Positions 46,601 through 58,304 of a DNA stretch of 64,000 nucleotides are shown one piece after another; within the stretch, counting starts at the first letter, position 1, and every line of letters starts with the position of its first letter. Made by a program: the position numbers and the translations under genes. The notes under the pieces were generated by a model. The model was not told where the DNA came from. It saw only the letters and a list, made by a program, of their open reading frames with translations, and made no database searches. The stretch is from Phoronis australis (Eukaryota; Animalia; Phoronida), in NCBI GenBank assembly GCA_002633005.1, contig NMRA01000001.1, positions 2,463,695-2,527,694 on the forward strand, written 5' to 3'.

Positions 46601-48656
46601 CTCCCCATCAAACTTACATGGATATACTGACGCAAACAAAAAATAACAAAATTGACACTAAAGGCATAGTAGTAGTCGGAAAAGTCCGTCAGCCAGTTTT
46701 CTGCCAATAGATACCTTTACTGTTTTATATATCATACTGAAACTTCAAACTGTTTGACAGGAAAAAAATATTTACAGGCGGCCTGGTACACGATGTACCT
46801 GACGTTCGCATGCCGCACATGTGGGCCCAATCACCTAGAACCATTTAATGCCTTTAGTTATTAATATATAGTTAAAACTGACCTGAGGAGCTAGAAACAT
46901 GACTCAAGGGTTTAGCAGAGGGACTTGAATCCACGTCCTCACAGTAGCCCACACTGCCTCCTTTTTGGCAGAAAAAGACGGATGGCAAAATGTACAAAGA
47001 ATAAAAAAAGTTGTCATTAGGGGATATATAACAAGCCAGAGAAGGGAAGGTGTCAGTCATCTTCTTTACAGACACTCAAGTGTCAGATTTCATTATGTTC
47101 CACCAAGGGATTTGGTTGTTAAAGAGGTGAACACAAAAAGGTCAACTGGCTACATTACGGTGCAAAGCAGCACTCAATTTAAGCTGTGGTCTTGTTAAAG
47201 CTGTAATTTAACCACTTAGGTGGCTGACAAATGAACTGGACCTTTTACTCTCATAAAATCAGTCTCATAGTATTCCTTACAGTGATAGGGTTCTATTTCC
47301 GACTAACAGCATGTAATTTATACTAAATCATTTTGAGCTGCCTTGAAAAAAATCAATAGATTCAACCTGCATTACTGTAGGGCAACTTTGGCTTATAACC
47401 GAAGCAGCGTATAACTATTTGTAAGCTGATTGTTGACATTTTGAGAATTTACTTGTAACAAACCCCAGTAGCAGTTTTATAAGCTAGCAATTTAGTTTTA
47501 CAGAGATCACTATAGCAGGCTGACTCTGAATAAGAAACTCCAACTTATTTTAGGAGGGGGGGAAGGTCAGGGAGGGAGGGGAGAGAGAGGGGGGAGAGGA
47601 AGGGAGGGTGGGTTGGAGGGATGGAGGGAGGGAGGCGAAGAGAAGCATATATTCAGAATCATATTACGAAAACATATAAACAAACTTTCAGTACAGAAGG
47701 TATAGATGACCCCTGGAAGGAATTGACCCAGTAAAACCAGTTCAAGAGGCGGATAACTAACTTTCAATTTAAGCAAAGATATCTCACAAAACTGTTTTCA
47801 AACTGCTCCGTTCAAATACTCAAATTAGAAAGATTTCCTGGGCTTGAGAAGAACTATTAGTTTATTATTTTTTTCAGAAATGGGTCGATAAGTTGGTTTG
47901 ACTCGGTGGGGTCATTTTATGTGCTGAACATGACATGTTAAATTTTAATCTGAAATGACCTAAGGACAAAGATGACAGCAGTTTAATTGATAATGACATT
48001 AAGTGATCTAAATAAAAAGCTAATCTAATGTTTTCGGTAAAAAAACTGATGGACAACTGAAATTTATGATAGACAGCGGACGGGATGCTGACAGTACGCA
48101 ACCACAAAATTGTTTGAGGGCACATAAAAATCACCACTCCTCCATGACGTTTCTTCTTTAATGTTTTACAATGGATTGCACAACACTAAGAAGCACAACC
48201 TTGAATAATCACCACGATGATATTCTGTTCCTCAGACTACAGTTACACCAAAACTACAACCCTATGGTTAAACAGCGCCTGCAATTACTGTTAAAATAAG
48301 GTCATCCCTGCTGATACAGTGAATTTTCCAAAGGGGGGAAACGAGAGAATATAAAATACTTCCACTCTACATCAACTACAAAACCAAACTGTCTCAGGAA
48401 AATGGAACACGATCACCTGATGCTCGAATGGCTCAGCAATCACACGATCTCATGATTACCTGCATTCATCTTGTTTGCATAAATCTTCCGTTGGTACGGG
48501 TTGTTCCCGGTTTATGATGAACAACATGATGACCAACGCAATAATGATGCCGAGGACAACGGCGGGAAGCATTGCGCCTTGAATTTTCTTCCATTTATTC
48601 GGCGGAGACTTTGGCTTCTCTTGTAGCAGATCAACTTGAGGGTCGCCAGGACTCAT
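34665..48656 (-). CDS. PLD3: Phospholipase D3/D4-like lysosomal type II membrane protein (5'-3' exonuclease family); 9 coding exons, 480 aa
   Basis: Exons (minus) 48656-48460, 45449-45266, 43643-43520, 39569-39436, 38947-38729, 37924-37785, 37295-37145, 36317-36218, 34858-34665; 1443 nt in frame. Features: TM helix [29 protein letters not shown]1 [56 protein letters not shown]2 [24 protein letters not shown] and [11 protein letters not shown]. An acceptor at 48669 shows upstream exon(s) exist, so the start codon is provisional. Confidence 0.93.
35701..35888 (+). mobile_element. Small TIR element (AATTGACCTAT...ATAGGTCAATT family), degenerate copy
   Basis: Aligns along its length with 43887-44065. 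Confidence 0.7.
41110..42553 (-). mobile_element. TA-flanked TIR DNA transposon (Tc1/mariner/pogo-type ends), non-autonomous, carrying a HIRAN-like ORF; copy 1
   Basis: TA|CCGTATTCGCCTGAATAACCGCCC...GGAGTTATTAGGGCAAATACGA|TA. Homologous, in inverted orientation, to 58305-59392. Confidence 0.8.
41247..41546 (-). pseudogene. Decayed HIRAN-like domain ORF inside the TIR element
   Basis: [15 protein letters not shown]...[25 protein letters not shown]...[17 protein letters not shown]....GLQI...MIFSG...IIDKLKTL matches the N..D..A(I/V).V...(I/V)G(H/Y)(I/V)P pattern of HIRAN folds. There is an in-frame stop upstream and no ATG. Confidence 0.6.
43887..44065 (+). mobile_element. Small TIR element (MITE)
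   Basis: AATTGACCTATCGC...GCAATAGGTCAATT termini; second copy at 35701-35888. Confidence 0.75.
44843..44934. repeat. Tandem duplication, 48-bp period
   Basis: CTACTGAGGGAAAAGACCATCCACTAATAATCATAATATCCAAT at 44843 and 44891. Confidence 0.95.
47553..47640 (+). repeat. Polypurine G-rich tract (GGGA/GGA repeats)
   Basis: GGAGGGGGGGAAGGTCAGGGAGGGAGGGGAGAGAGAGGGGGGAGAGGAAGGGAGGGTGGG..., with more than four G3+ runs. Confidence 0.85.
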
Positions 48657-49493
48657 CGTCCGCGACGTCTGGAAGACGAAATTATGACACGTCATTGTTA
48701 CACTGTCACTGTACACCTTGGTGCTGAAGGAAAACAAATTGTAGAGCAACTGTCACAGTGGTCAGAGTGCCCTGGACTGTTGTGTAGTAGCAGCTCTGCT
48801 TGCGAACTGGCATATTGCTGATCACTTGTTTTATCTTAATGACTGACAGCAAGATAAAACGAGATACAATTTATTTTTAGGAAGGTCAAAACGTTAATTT
48901 TGCTGATCTGATATGAAGTCACTTTATGGAAAAACGTCTGTGGATGATTAGTTCTATATTGAAAGTTTTCAGCAAATCTGTTCTACAATTAAAGGTTGAG
49001 ATTGAAGAAGATCCCCCAACATTTGAAACTAAGGCTGGCTTATGCGAGGATAACAGGTGTTTGGTTATTTTTGTCATACAGATAAATAGATTTTTAAGGT
49101 AAGCCATTGGAAATTTTCACCAGTTCAGGACACCATCAAGAAGAAACGCACAAATTTATTTCATTACTACTTCACGAAAAGCAGCTACACAAATTTGTGC
49201 CTTACCATTTCTAAGTTTCATATAATCAGGCATTTGCAACTGAAAACCAACTTCGGCAGTATTCCACGTATATCCCAAATTGGTGAGATTTTACACGATA
49301 CACTTACTATGTTTCATGACAATTTGTTGTTTTTCAAAACATTGCATTTTAAATACAAAGTCCCAGATGGTAAATCGACTTTTTGTTGCATCCATCATGA
49401 CCTAATATTTGTTGTGCAAATCACAAATTATTAACACTTCACTTTATGTTCAATTGAGGAACTCAAAGTTGACCATGGAAAAATATATAGAAT

Positions 49494-49900
49494 CCTAGAA
49501 AAATGTCCAAATTTGGCTAAAAACATTACATCTCAGAAAATGCGGATCGAATTCATATGAACCATTCACATACTATGCTTGATGCACTGCTCTTCAAAGC
49601 ACTATTAAGAATTGTTTGTAAAATGTTCCACTTTTGCATGAGGGGGTATTAAAATAGGACTGTAATGACTTTCACAAAAAATTGCAAAAGTGAAAACAAA
49701 ACAATATTTTAGAAAACTGTACCAGTGTTTTTGAGATATCATCTTGAACATATACATGAAATGAAATTTGATCACGTTATTGATACAGTATTTTGCAATC
49801 AACGTACTTAACTAATGACAAACTTGAAAAAGTAAAAAATCAAATTCTTCAGGTATTCTAGTTTGAGTAAATATAAACTTTCACCGAGTTAAAATTTATA
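49494..49900 (+). mobile_element. Old non-autonomous DNA transposon family, copy C
   Basis: CTAGAAAAATGTCCAAATTTGGCTAA...TACTATGCTTGATGCACTGCTCTTCA is shared with the 11607 and 20266 copies. Boundaries approximate. Confidence 0.5.
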
Positions 49901-51158
49901 GTTTTGTAAATACTGGACTAGTATTGCACACTTGTCAATAAGATCCTGCATTCCATCCAGAGATTGTAAAGCATAAATTAACAGGATTCATTTACAAGGA
50001 CCCTCTAAAGAGTGAACTTTTCTTTTGTTACAAAGTAACGTGCTATGTCAGGTAGCATCGTTACTCATCCATCCATCACTGATCAAAGTTTTAAGGCATT
50101 AGTTAATTAATGAACACAAAAAGAGCGAAACTTAAAGTTATACTACGTGCTCACTAGTTAACCAGGTAACATGTCTATTACCTTGGGACATCCCATTTTG
50201 CACAAAGGCGAGAGTTCAATGTTTCGATTAGATTTTGCGACCCTCGTAAAAATAATTTTGTGAAATATCAAGTTGACAGTTCTTGTTAATGGGTATACTG
50301 AGATATATTGTGGATTTAATAGAGATAATGAGTGTTGTTTAAACCGCTAGCGTGGTCTTACTTTGAAGTTGTCTATTTTTGACTCACATGGTAATATTTT
50401 TGGTCCAATAAAATGCTTCATTCTAGTTTCATTGTACACTACTTCGAAATTGGCCAACTTCGACCAGGCGATTTAGGGCTTATTAGAACTTTTGAATAAA
50501 ATGAACTTCTCAGATGGCAGGAATCAATAGAAATAAACACAACAATGTAACCCTAGTTCTAGAGTCATAAGTGTAACCAGACAATTGCACATTGAACAAA
50601 CAGAACTACCAGTTTGCATGAACTTACATCCGCGCAGATGAACTCCATGCTGCAGCCAGTTGTTGGTGTAATAACACCAAGAAGATTTCGCTCCCTGGCA
50701 TTTGACCTCATGCCATGTGGTCACCGAACCAAATGCAAGACAAATGACAAAAAAGAAACTTCGCAGTGACCATGGGCTAGCCACTTGTGTAACAAAAACT
50801 TGGTCAACGCTTGTGTCATCCAAGGCATTAAATGCTATACAACTGTAGACAGCTAAATCACCACCACTTCATAATTTAAAGCTTTAAGCCAGCAAATAAA
50901 CAGTAACCATGCTGGTAGATATTATAGTTAAATTTTATGACCTAGAAAGTGTAATGTCTCCCTGATGCTGGTTTTCAAATAATTTTAAGTTGACCCCATG
51001 AATCAATAACAATATTCAATATTTTGTGACTGTATCAATATTAATTACTTTGATGTCTTAAAACTCAGATTTTAAAAATTCAGAACTTCATTTTCCACAA
51101 CATATGCCTAAACGATAGCTCCGTAAGCAGTCGTAACAGGAAGACAAAGCCAGCAACA

Positions 51159-51254
51159 GTCTGATATAACGTGCCCGCATTTTGAGAACCAGTTTGATGT
51201 CCATTATTCAGTGGAGAAAACTGGTTCTCAATATTCGGGCACTTTATATCAGAC
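51159..51254. repeat. 96-bp hairpin element (37-bp arms, 3 mismatches); degenerate second copy at ~59670-59745
   Basis: GTCTGATATAACGTGCCCGCATTTTGAGAACCAGTTT / 22 nt / AAACTGGTTCTCAATATTCGGGCACTTTATATCAGAC. Confidence 0.85.
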
Positions 51255-52116
51255 ACCGACAAAGTCAGCTAAGAAGCACAAACACATTTGCTTGCTCGTT
51301 ACAGTTAATAAAAACTCTTTGTACCCTGCGCATGAGTATAACAGTAGTTCACGAGAAAAATTACTCCAATTCAAGACAGTGAAAAATACATTATTTTGCT
51401 CAAGGTCAGAGCTTGTTCAATATTCTAAATAGCAATTTGGCATACACAGAGGCGGAGGGCAAAAAATGGACACAAAAATTACAAAAATGGCCACTAGGTG
51501 GTACAAAATGCAATGAACCTGTCTAGAAATAAAAAGCGCATAGTCGTATCCTTAACAGAAACCAATTTTCCAAATTTCATGACAATCCATTGATGAACTG
51601 CAAAGATACAAGGTAAACGCAAGAAAAACATATTTGCCAACGCGCGGAACAGTCCAAAACTTGTTAACATTCACCGTGAGCTTCATTGGAATAAATCTGA
51701 CAAATGTCACAAAACTCCTTCAAGGGGATAAGGAGATTCGGCTTCAAACACAAAACAAAATGCAACTAGGGGGCAGCACAGTAGTCAAACTCGTTTGAAA
51801 AGCAACGTTAGATGTGGCCTTCCTATCAGGAACACTGTCAATTTTCATGATCTTTTGGCGAATAGACAGGCAGACATACGGTACATAAAATTTGTCCAAA
51901 AATGCCATGGCACCGTTGTCCGCTTATCTAATAAAAAACTGCTAAATTTCAAGAAAATACATCAAAGAACTCCGAAGATGCAGAGCCAAACGTAAAAAGT
52001 AAGATAGTTACTAGGGAACACAGCAGTGATCAGATCGATCTGAAAGTTGATGTCACCAGTCGTCAGCTTCATAGAATCACATCTGACAATACTTATTAAA
52101 ATTCTGTAAGGGTTTA

Positions 52117-53019
52117 GGAGATAATGGAGCAGATGCTGATGTTTAGACAGGGATGTGGGCAACGATGCACCCACATACATGTATATGCGGGCGTATGATA
52201 AAAGATAAAAATATAGCTTGTGACCAAAGAACTGTTCATGAAAAATGGCGCTGTTAATGACTCACGAAAATGCTTGTGCAGTCTAGAATTATGATGAGAA
52301 AGACTCATGGTCAGGGTCTAGTTCAATAACGCCACAAAAACCAAGATCTCACGAGATTCCATGAGCTGCTGCCACATATTTTCGGCAAGACGTGATTTTG
52401 GCTAGATTTTTCTCGCTGCAAGACAGCTATTGAACTCTACCCTGTACACTGAGACATGTTTTTTTAAGGCTGTCTAATTTTTGCCAAGCTGCTTGAAGGT
52501 AAAATGGTTAGATCTCAGGTCTTCAATTAAACCCTGAGGCATTAATGATTCCAAGCATTCAACATTATTGGAGATAATGGAGCAGATGCCGATGTTTAGA
52601 CAGGGATGTGGGCAACGATGCACCCACATACATGTATATGCGGGCGCATGATAAAAGATAAAAATATAGCTTGTGACCAAAGAACTGTTCATGAAAAATG
52701 GCGCTGTTAATGACTCATGAAAATGCTTGTGCAGTCTAGAATTATGATGAGAAAGACTGGTCAGGGTAGAGTTCAATAACGCCACAAAAACCAAGATCTC
52801 ACGAGATTCCATGAGCTATTGCCACGTATTTTCGGCAAGACGTGATTTTGGCTAGATTTTTCTCACTGCAAGACAGCTATTGAAGCCTACCCTGTACACT
52901 GAGACAGGTTTTTTTAAGGCTGTCTAATTTTTTCCAAGCTGCTTGAAGGTAAAATGGTTAGATCTCAGGTCTTCAATTAAACCCTGAGGCATTAATGATT
53001 GCAAGTATTCAACATTATT
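52117..53019. repeat. Head-to-tail tandem duplication of ~450 bp
   Basis: Copy 1 is 52117-52569 and copy 2 is 52570-53019; both start GGAGATAATGGAGCAGATGC and end TTCAACATTATT, with scattered substitutions and small indels. Confidence 0.95.
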
Positions 53020-56000
53020 AGCACTGCGAAAGCATGAAAAAGACACTCCTTTCAGCAAACTTAACATTCTGGTGAACAAAATGGGCTAAGACTAAATGCA
53101 AATTCCTTGACTTTCATTCTCGGACATTTCATGACGTTGGGCATTTATGTGTAAATCATTTGAATAATTAACTACATAACAATGCCAATTTGACAATAAG
53201 GTGGTAGCAAAGAAGTTACAAAAAACGCTGCGGAATTCAATAGCACTGTAGATCTCCATCCAAGCCAAACACGTGAACTATAGGTAAGCGCTGAACATTA
53301 CTCACAATTTTCGAAGAACCAATGTCCACACAAACCTCAAATCTGTAATTGTTGATATTTTTTACTCTTGTTTTTACATTTTTATTTCACACAAATATTA
53401 TGTAAATACAAAAGATAACATGGTAAATGCCCAGAAATCGAATTAACGTAAAGTTATATCTCCAATGGTTGTGCCTGAAAGGGGCGGGGCCATTGAACAC
53501 CCCTAAATCCGCTTAATTTTAAGAATGCTGACTTGCCTTGAACGATACAATACCTTCCACAGATTTCCACTCATAGTCAGTCTAAAGTGAAATCCACAAA
53601 TTCACATGCTTCAGCCGGTCAATTTGTACCAAAGTGGCTATACCCAGGTGCATTTCGTCGACAAAAATAAATTTTGATTTAGGCAACTTATCACTATACA
53701 ATTGGTCTTAGCTAACACTCCTTATTCAGATAAAAAATGATTTTTGGTCTTGCAAAGAATTGGCAGTTAGTTACTGGTCATGACTATACCCTTCAAATAC
53801 GAGAACATACCACGACAAGCCAACTAATTTAGAGGCAGGTCTCTAGCAATATACCGTAACATCCAGTCAGTTCTATGGAAGCTCTGAAATCATTCTCAGT
53901 TGAGATAGATTTTTATAAAAATAAGTGGTCTGAATCAAATGTTGCTTTTTGTGGCTGCTGATGCGCTTATGACTGCCTTGAAAATGAGGGACAATCTGAG
54001 GCTGACCAATGCGTCTTTGAAGTAATTCATAAATAAGTCTGGATGTTTATTGTGTCAATGGAAATACAGACTTCCGGATTGGGGAAGAAAGTTTCAGACA
54101 GTAGGAAATGCAGCTTCATGAATAATCCATAAACGAGCAAGATTTGCCATTCATTTTTATTTCATCTAATCAGGGAACTCATTTAGTGGTTTAAGTAAAA
54201 ATGACCACACAAGTCTCCAATGAGGCCCTGCTAAACATCTAAACGACAAGATTATGAACATTAAAACTAGAATATGTAAGCATAAAGCAGTTTTGAAAGG
54301 AAGACTACATAAAGCGTACCAAAATTGCACACGCCAAAATAAAAATAATCAATATTTTAATAGCGCTATTTCATTACAACTCATACCTGTTTTCGGCGGC
54401 GACCATCCATCCTCTACAACAATAAGGGTGCAAATGAGCCCCAGATATTATCACGTGATTTATAAGCAAACATTTACACTCCTCCTATCATAAGATGGAA
54501 TAAAACCTCTTTCATAAACCGCCCCCAGACTAAACAGACAATAACAAAAGCTACAAAAAGTACCTCCTGAAGAACCCCTAATAAACCAAACTGTTGTAAA
54601 TGGTACTGACCAGTAATATGCTTGTATCAACAGACAGGTAACACAGGTGAATGTTGGTTTAGCACTTGAAAAGAACCTTACAATAAAAGCTGCATCAATG
54701 ATTGAAATCATGGAATTTACATTTTCAGAACATGGACTAAAGAAAAGATGTGGTTGAAACTTCAAATATAAAAGAACATTGTATATTTGCGCTGCCGCGA
54801 GAAGGGTTATACAATTTATAGCTGGAAACAAAAAGCATACATGCATTTCACAAGAAAACTTTAATAGAAGGCTTAGTTTCCATGGACAACAGCCCACTTA
54901 ATAGCTCTAAAGAACCCATGTCAATTCTGGCCCAATCTTCACGTGCTGCCTAATCCATACTGCCAAAACTTAACTGCAGAGGTCTATTGCACAAATAATA
55001 ACGGCTAAGTGCATTAACAAGTTCATTAAACTTCACAAAAATTCTACAACAACACTATTTTGTTGAGGCAAAAATTAGAATTAGACTAAATTGCTAAATA
55101 ATTATAGCAAGATGGAAATCTAAATTTGGCATAGTCAGTAATTGTCTACTTGTGCACTCAAGTGGCGCTGTAAAAATGATTGTTGTGCATAGTTGCTTAG
55201 GACACAATGCCTCGTTTTAACATCAGTTTTAACGCAAACGCGAAAACACGCGTGTTCCAAACATGCAAACCATTTTAGTTTGGACACAACACCTTGTTTT
55301 CAAGCAGGCCAATTCATGCAAGCAGTGAATAGTGGACCCACAATTTCCCACTGAATAACAAGCATCAAACTGGTTGTCAAAAACTGAGGATCCCCTGTAG
55401 TCGCAAATGCCTCTCACAGTGTGTCTTGTTTATTTTGAAAACTTCTCAGTATACAGGAATCATTGTGTGATCACTAATCAAGCTCCTGATTGCCTGGTGA
55501 AGACGGTTTATGGATCATCTCCAGCAAGAGATGAAGCAACGGACAAATGAGTATTATAGATGTACAGTATTATTGGTCCTGAACTGACTATCATGCAGTA
55601 TTACTCACTTTGTCAATGTTTATAACATGTGAATGAAATGCGGTGTTCAACACAAGTTTACCCAACATCTACCAACGCTTTCATGTGACAGCCACCATGT
55701 GGAGTTAGACGACCACCAGGCGCCATCCACAGGTGACGCCGATGTCCCCCCATGCCCTGACAAGGAGCCCAAGATGGGCTCAAAAGGTTGGCTGTCGAGA
55801 AAAACTAGGCCACCAAAAGGTAATCATTATTACTTCAACACAATATAACAGAACTAGTTATGAAGTCATGCCATTAAGTTTAAGCACACTGTAATCAAAT
55901 TTCGAAATAGAAAAATACTTCCTTTTTATTCAGTCACTCACAGACATTCATAGTCTGACAGAAAGTAAAATAGAAGAATGATCGGTTTTGTATCGAAGTT

Positions 56001-58121
56001 CAATTTTAGAATATTCGGAGATGTTTATCACCTCTTAAGACATAAGAAAAAAGTCTGGACGTGTATTTTTCTCACCATTAGGTTTTTCCAAGTAAGCATC
56101 TTTTTTATTCCACTTTCATGGGTTTATATGATTAATTTAAACTCGGTGAAGCAGGACCGTGGTGTGCGGCGTTATCCCACCAGCGAACGCATGACCTCCA
56201 TCCCGTGGTACAACAAAAACATTCAAATGAAATAATAAATGAGGAGAAAGTATTGTGCTATCAAAATTTTACATGCAGATTGATAGGACAGGCCATGCCC
56301 AGATGCCTGCCCGTTGCAAAATCCAAAAATCGACAAAAACAGAAGATAAACGTCCTAAAAAGGGACACAAAATGAGGGTACTCAGCAGGACCCCACGCCA
56401 GGCCCCTCCCACAAATAAATTTCACAATATAAATAATACAAGGCAAGCACAAGTGGAAGAGCAGCATTTGAATTTAAAAGCTCAGCCAAGGAACAAGCAC
56501 CCCCAATGATGTCACAGCAAGAGAAAGGGAGGTCACGCTGAGCGCACACAGAGCCAGCAAGGATTAGGAGCGCAGTACATGCACACAGCAGCATGACAGC
56601 AGCTCATGAAAAGTGTTTGAATGGCTGAAAGGTACTATTGAACCTGCACACCTGTCTGTCCAAAGGGCCATTGAAATAACTGGTTGACTGAAAAGAATAG
56701 TGTAGTGCACTCAGCATGAACCCTTCCCCCAATGCAAAGCAGGTCACAACACTGTGTAACTTCTAAAAGTACATGTGCACTGAGCCACCAACTGTACTCT
56801 ACATGTAGGACGGAGATTTTAGAAAAACATGACTTCAAGCAGTGGTAATTATTGAAAATAATTAGGGTAATCAAACTTTCTCTGGTATGCACCAGCCGCC
56901 AACTTTTCAACATGAAAGTGCTCTGAGGAGAGACACTTGGCGAAATCGAATAAAATTTTAAAGGTCAGGTCGACAGCAAAACCAAAAACATCAACAACCA
57001 AGACTGCGACCCTTATGAAACCAACGTACAGTAAATGATAAACCATGAAAAGTGGATTGAAAAATCAGTCAATAAAATGCAAGCATCAAATAAAAAACCT
57101 CACATATTTCTCAAGAACACTATGTCCCAGTAAGAAACCAATGGTATGGATATCTATTTACAAGCCAAATGTGCAGAGGTTCGGTCACAGGATTGTATCA
57201 CTTGAAAAATAGCCATCAAAGCGCCATCTTGTGTCCGATTTCATCCAAAACCAAATTTTACACAAATTCCATTTTTGTAGCAAACATATTTTTGTTTTCC
57301 TATATCTTTTTCAAGCATAGTCACAGGTCAGGTTTCTATTGACTGCAAGCTTGACATTTCTGAATTACAGGTGTATTGAGAAGAAAAAAATCAAATACCA
57401 CATATTTTGTATCGCCTATCTACAGTAGAATTATTTTTATGGCCACCAGATGTCACCACTGTTGTTTAGGTAGTCACTGTGTGTCGTTATTTTGTTAGTC
57501 TTCCTGTAGGGGTTGTGGAATAAAAATGTCTATTCTGACACTCCACAGTTTCTTCCAACTTCAATTGCCCAACATCCATTCCACATAACCACATCCTAGT
57601 AACAGACACATTAAGTGTACCAGATATATCCCAGGATACCAAAAGAGATCCAAGTTTGAGAATCGCTAACAATTTTTTTGAAAAAATCTAAGTACCATAA
57701 GAAAAACATGGCATGACGGATAAAAGCCTCATCAGAGTTCACATCTACGAGAAAGTATTGATTTTTTTACAGTGCACTGCACAATCTTAAACCGTAGATA
57801 TATGTTACCTAATGACTGGACTCAATCAATCCATCCACTTCAGAATATACTAGTACTCTCCACTACTTGGTTTAGATTGCATGTTTAGTCCCAACAGATC
57901 AGTCAGACAAATGACAGAACTAAAGGGAAGTAAAATGTACTTATTGCCTTACTATCTACCGGTATAATATAAAGTGATGAGGCAGGTGCGAGAAAATGGA
58001 TTTTATGTTTCCTTAGTTATTACAGTACTTACATAATTTATTTCAGAGAACTAGGCCGCCAACTCTTAGTACAACACGACACAAAATAAAAGTAAGTTAG
58101 CACAAGAGTAAAGTTAACCTA

Positions 58122-58230
58122 ATTTGAACCTGAACACTGTCCCGTCTCCTTTCAAATGCCACACTTCAGTTTGGATTTGAACCTGAACACTGTCCCGTCT
58201 CCTTTCAAGTGCCATACTTCAGTTTGGATT
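58122..58230. repeat. Tandem duplication, 53-bp period
   Basis: ATTTGAACCTGAACACTGTCCCGTCTCCTTTCAA(A/G)TGCCA(C/T)ACTTCAGTTTGG at 58122 and 58175. Confidence 0.95.
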
Positions 58231-58304
58231 TCCATTTGATTATTTTCATAAATTTCTCTATACCTGGTGCCCATCTTCCAGGAAGATATCTGTCTCTTAG
58301 ATTA

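Noticed and set aside
52114-52812. Two similar minus-strand ORFs (SLSHHNSRLHKHF...)
   Set aside because: Explained by the tandem duplication; start and stop positions differ between copies and there is no recognisable protein.
53306-53342. 37-nt minus-strand micro-exon (AG...GTGAGT) as a PLD3 5' exon
   Set aside because: The donor is good but the acceptor lacks a pyrimidine tract; it cannot be supported without transcripts.
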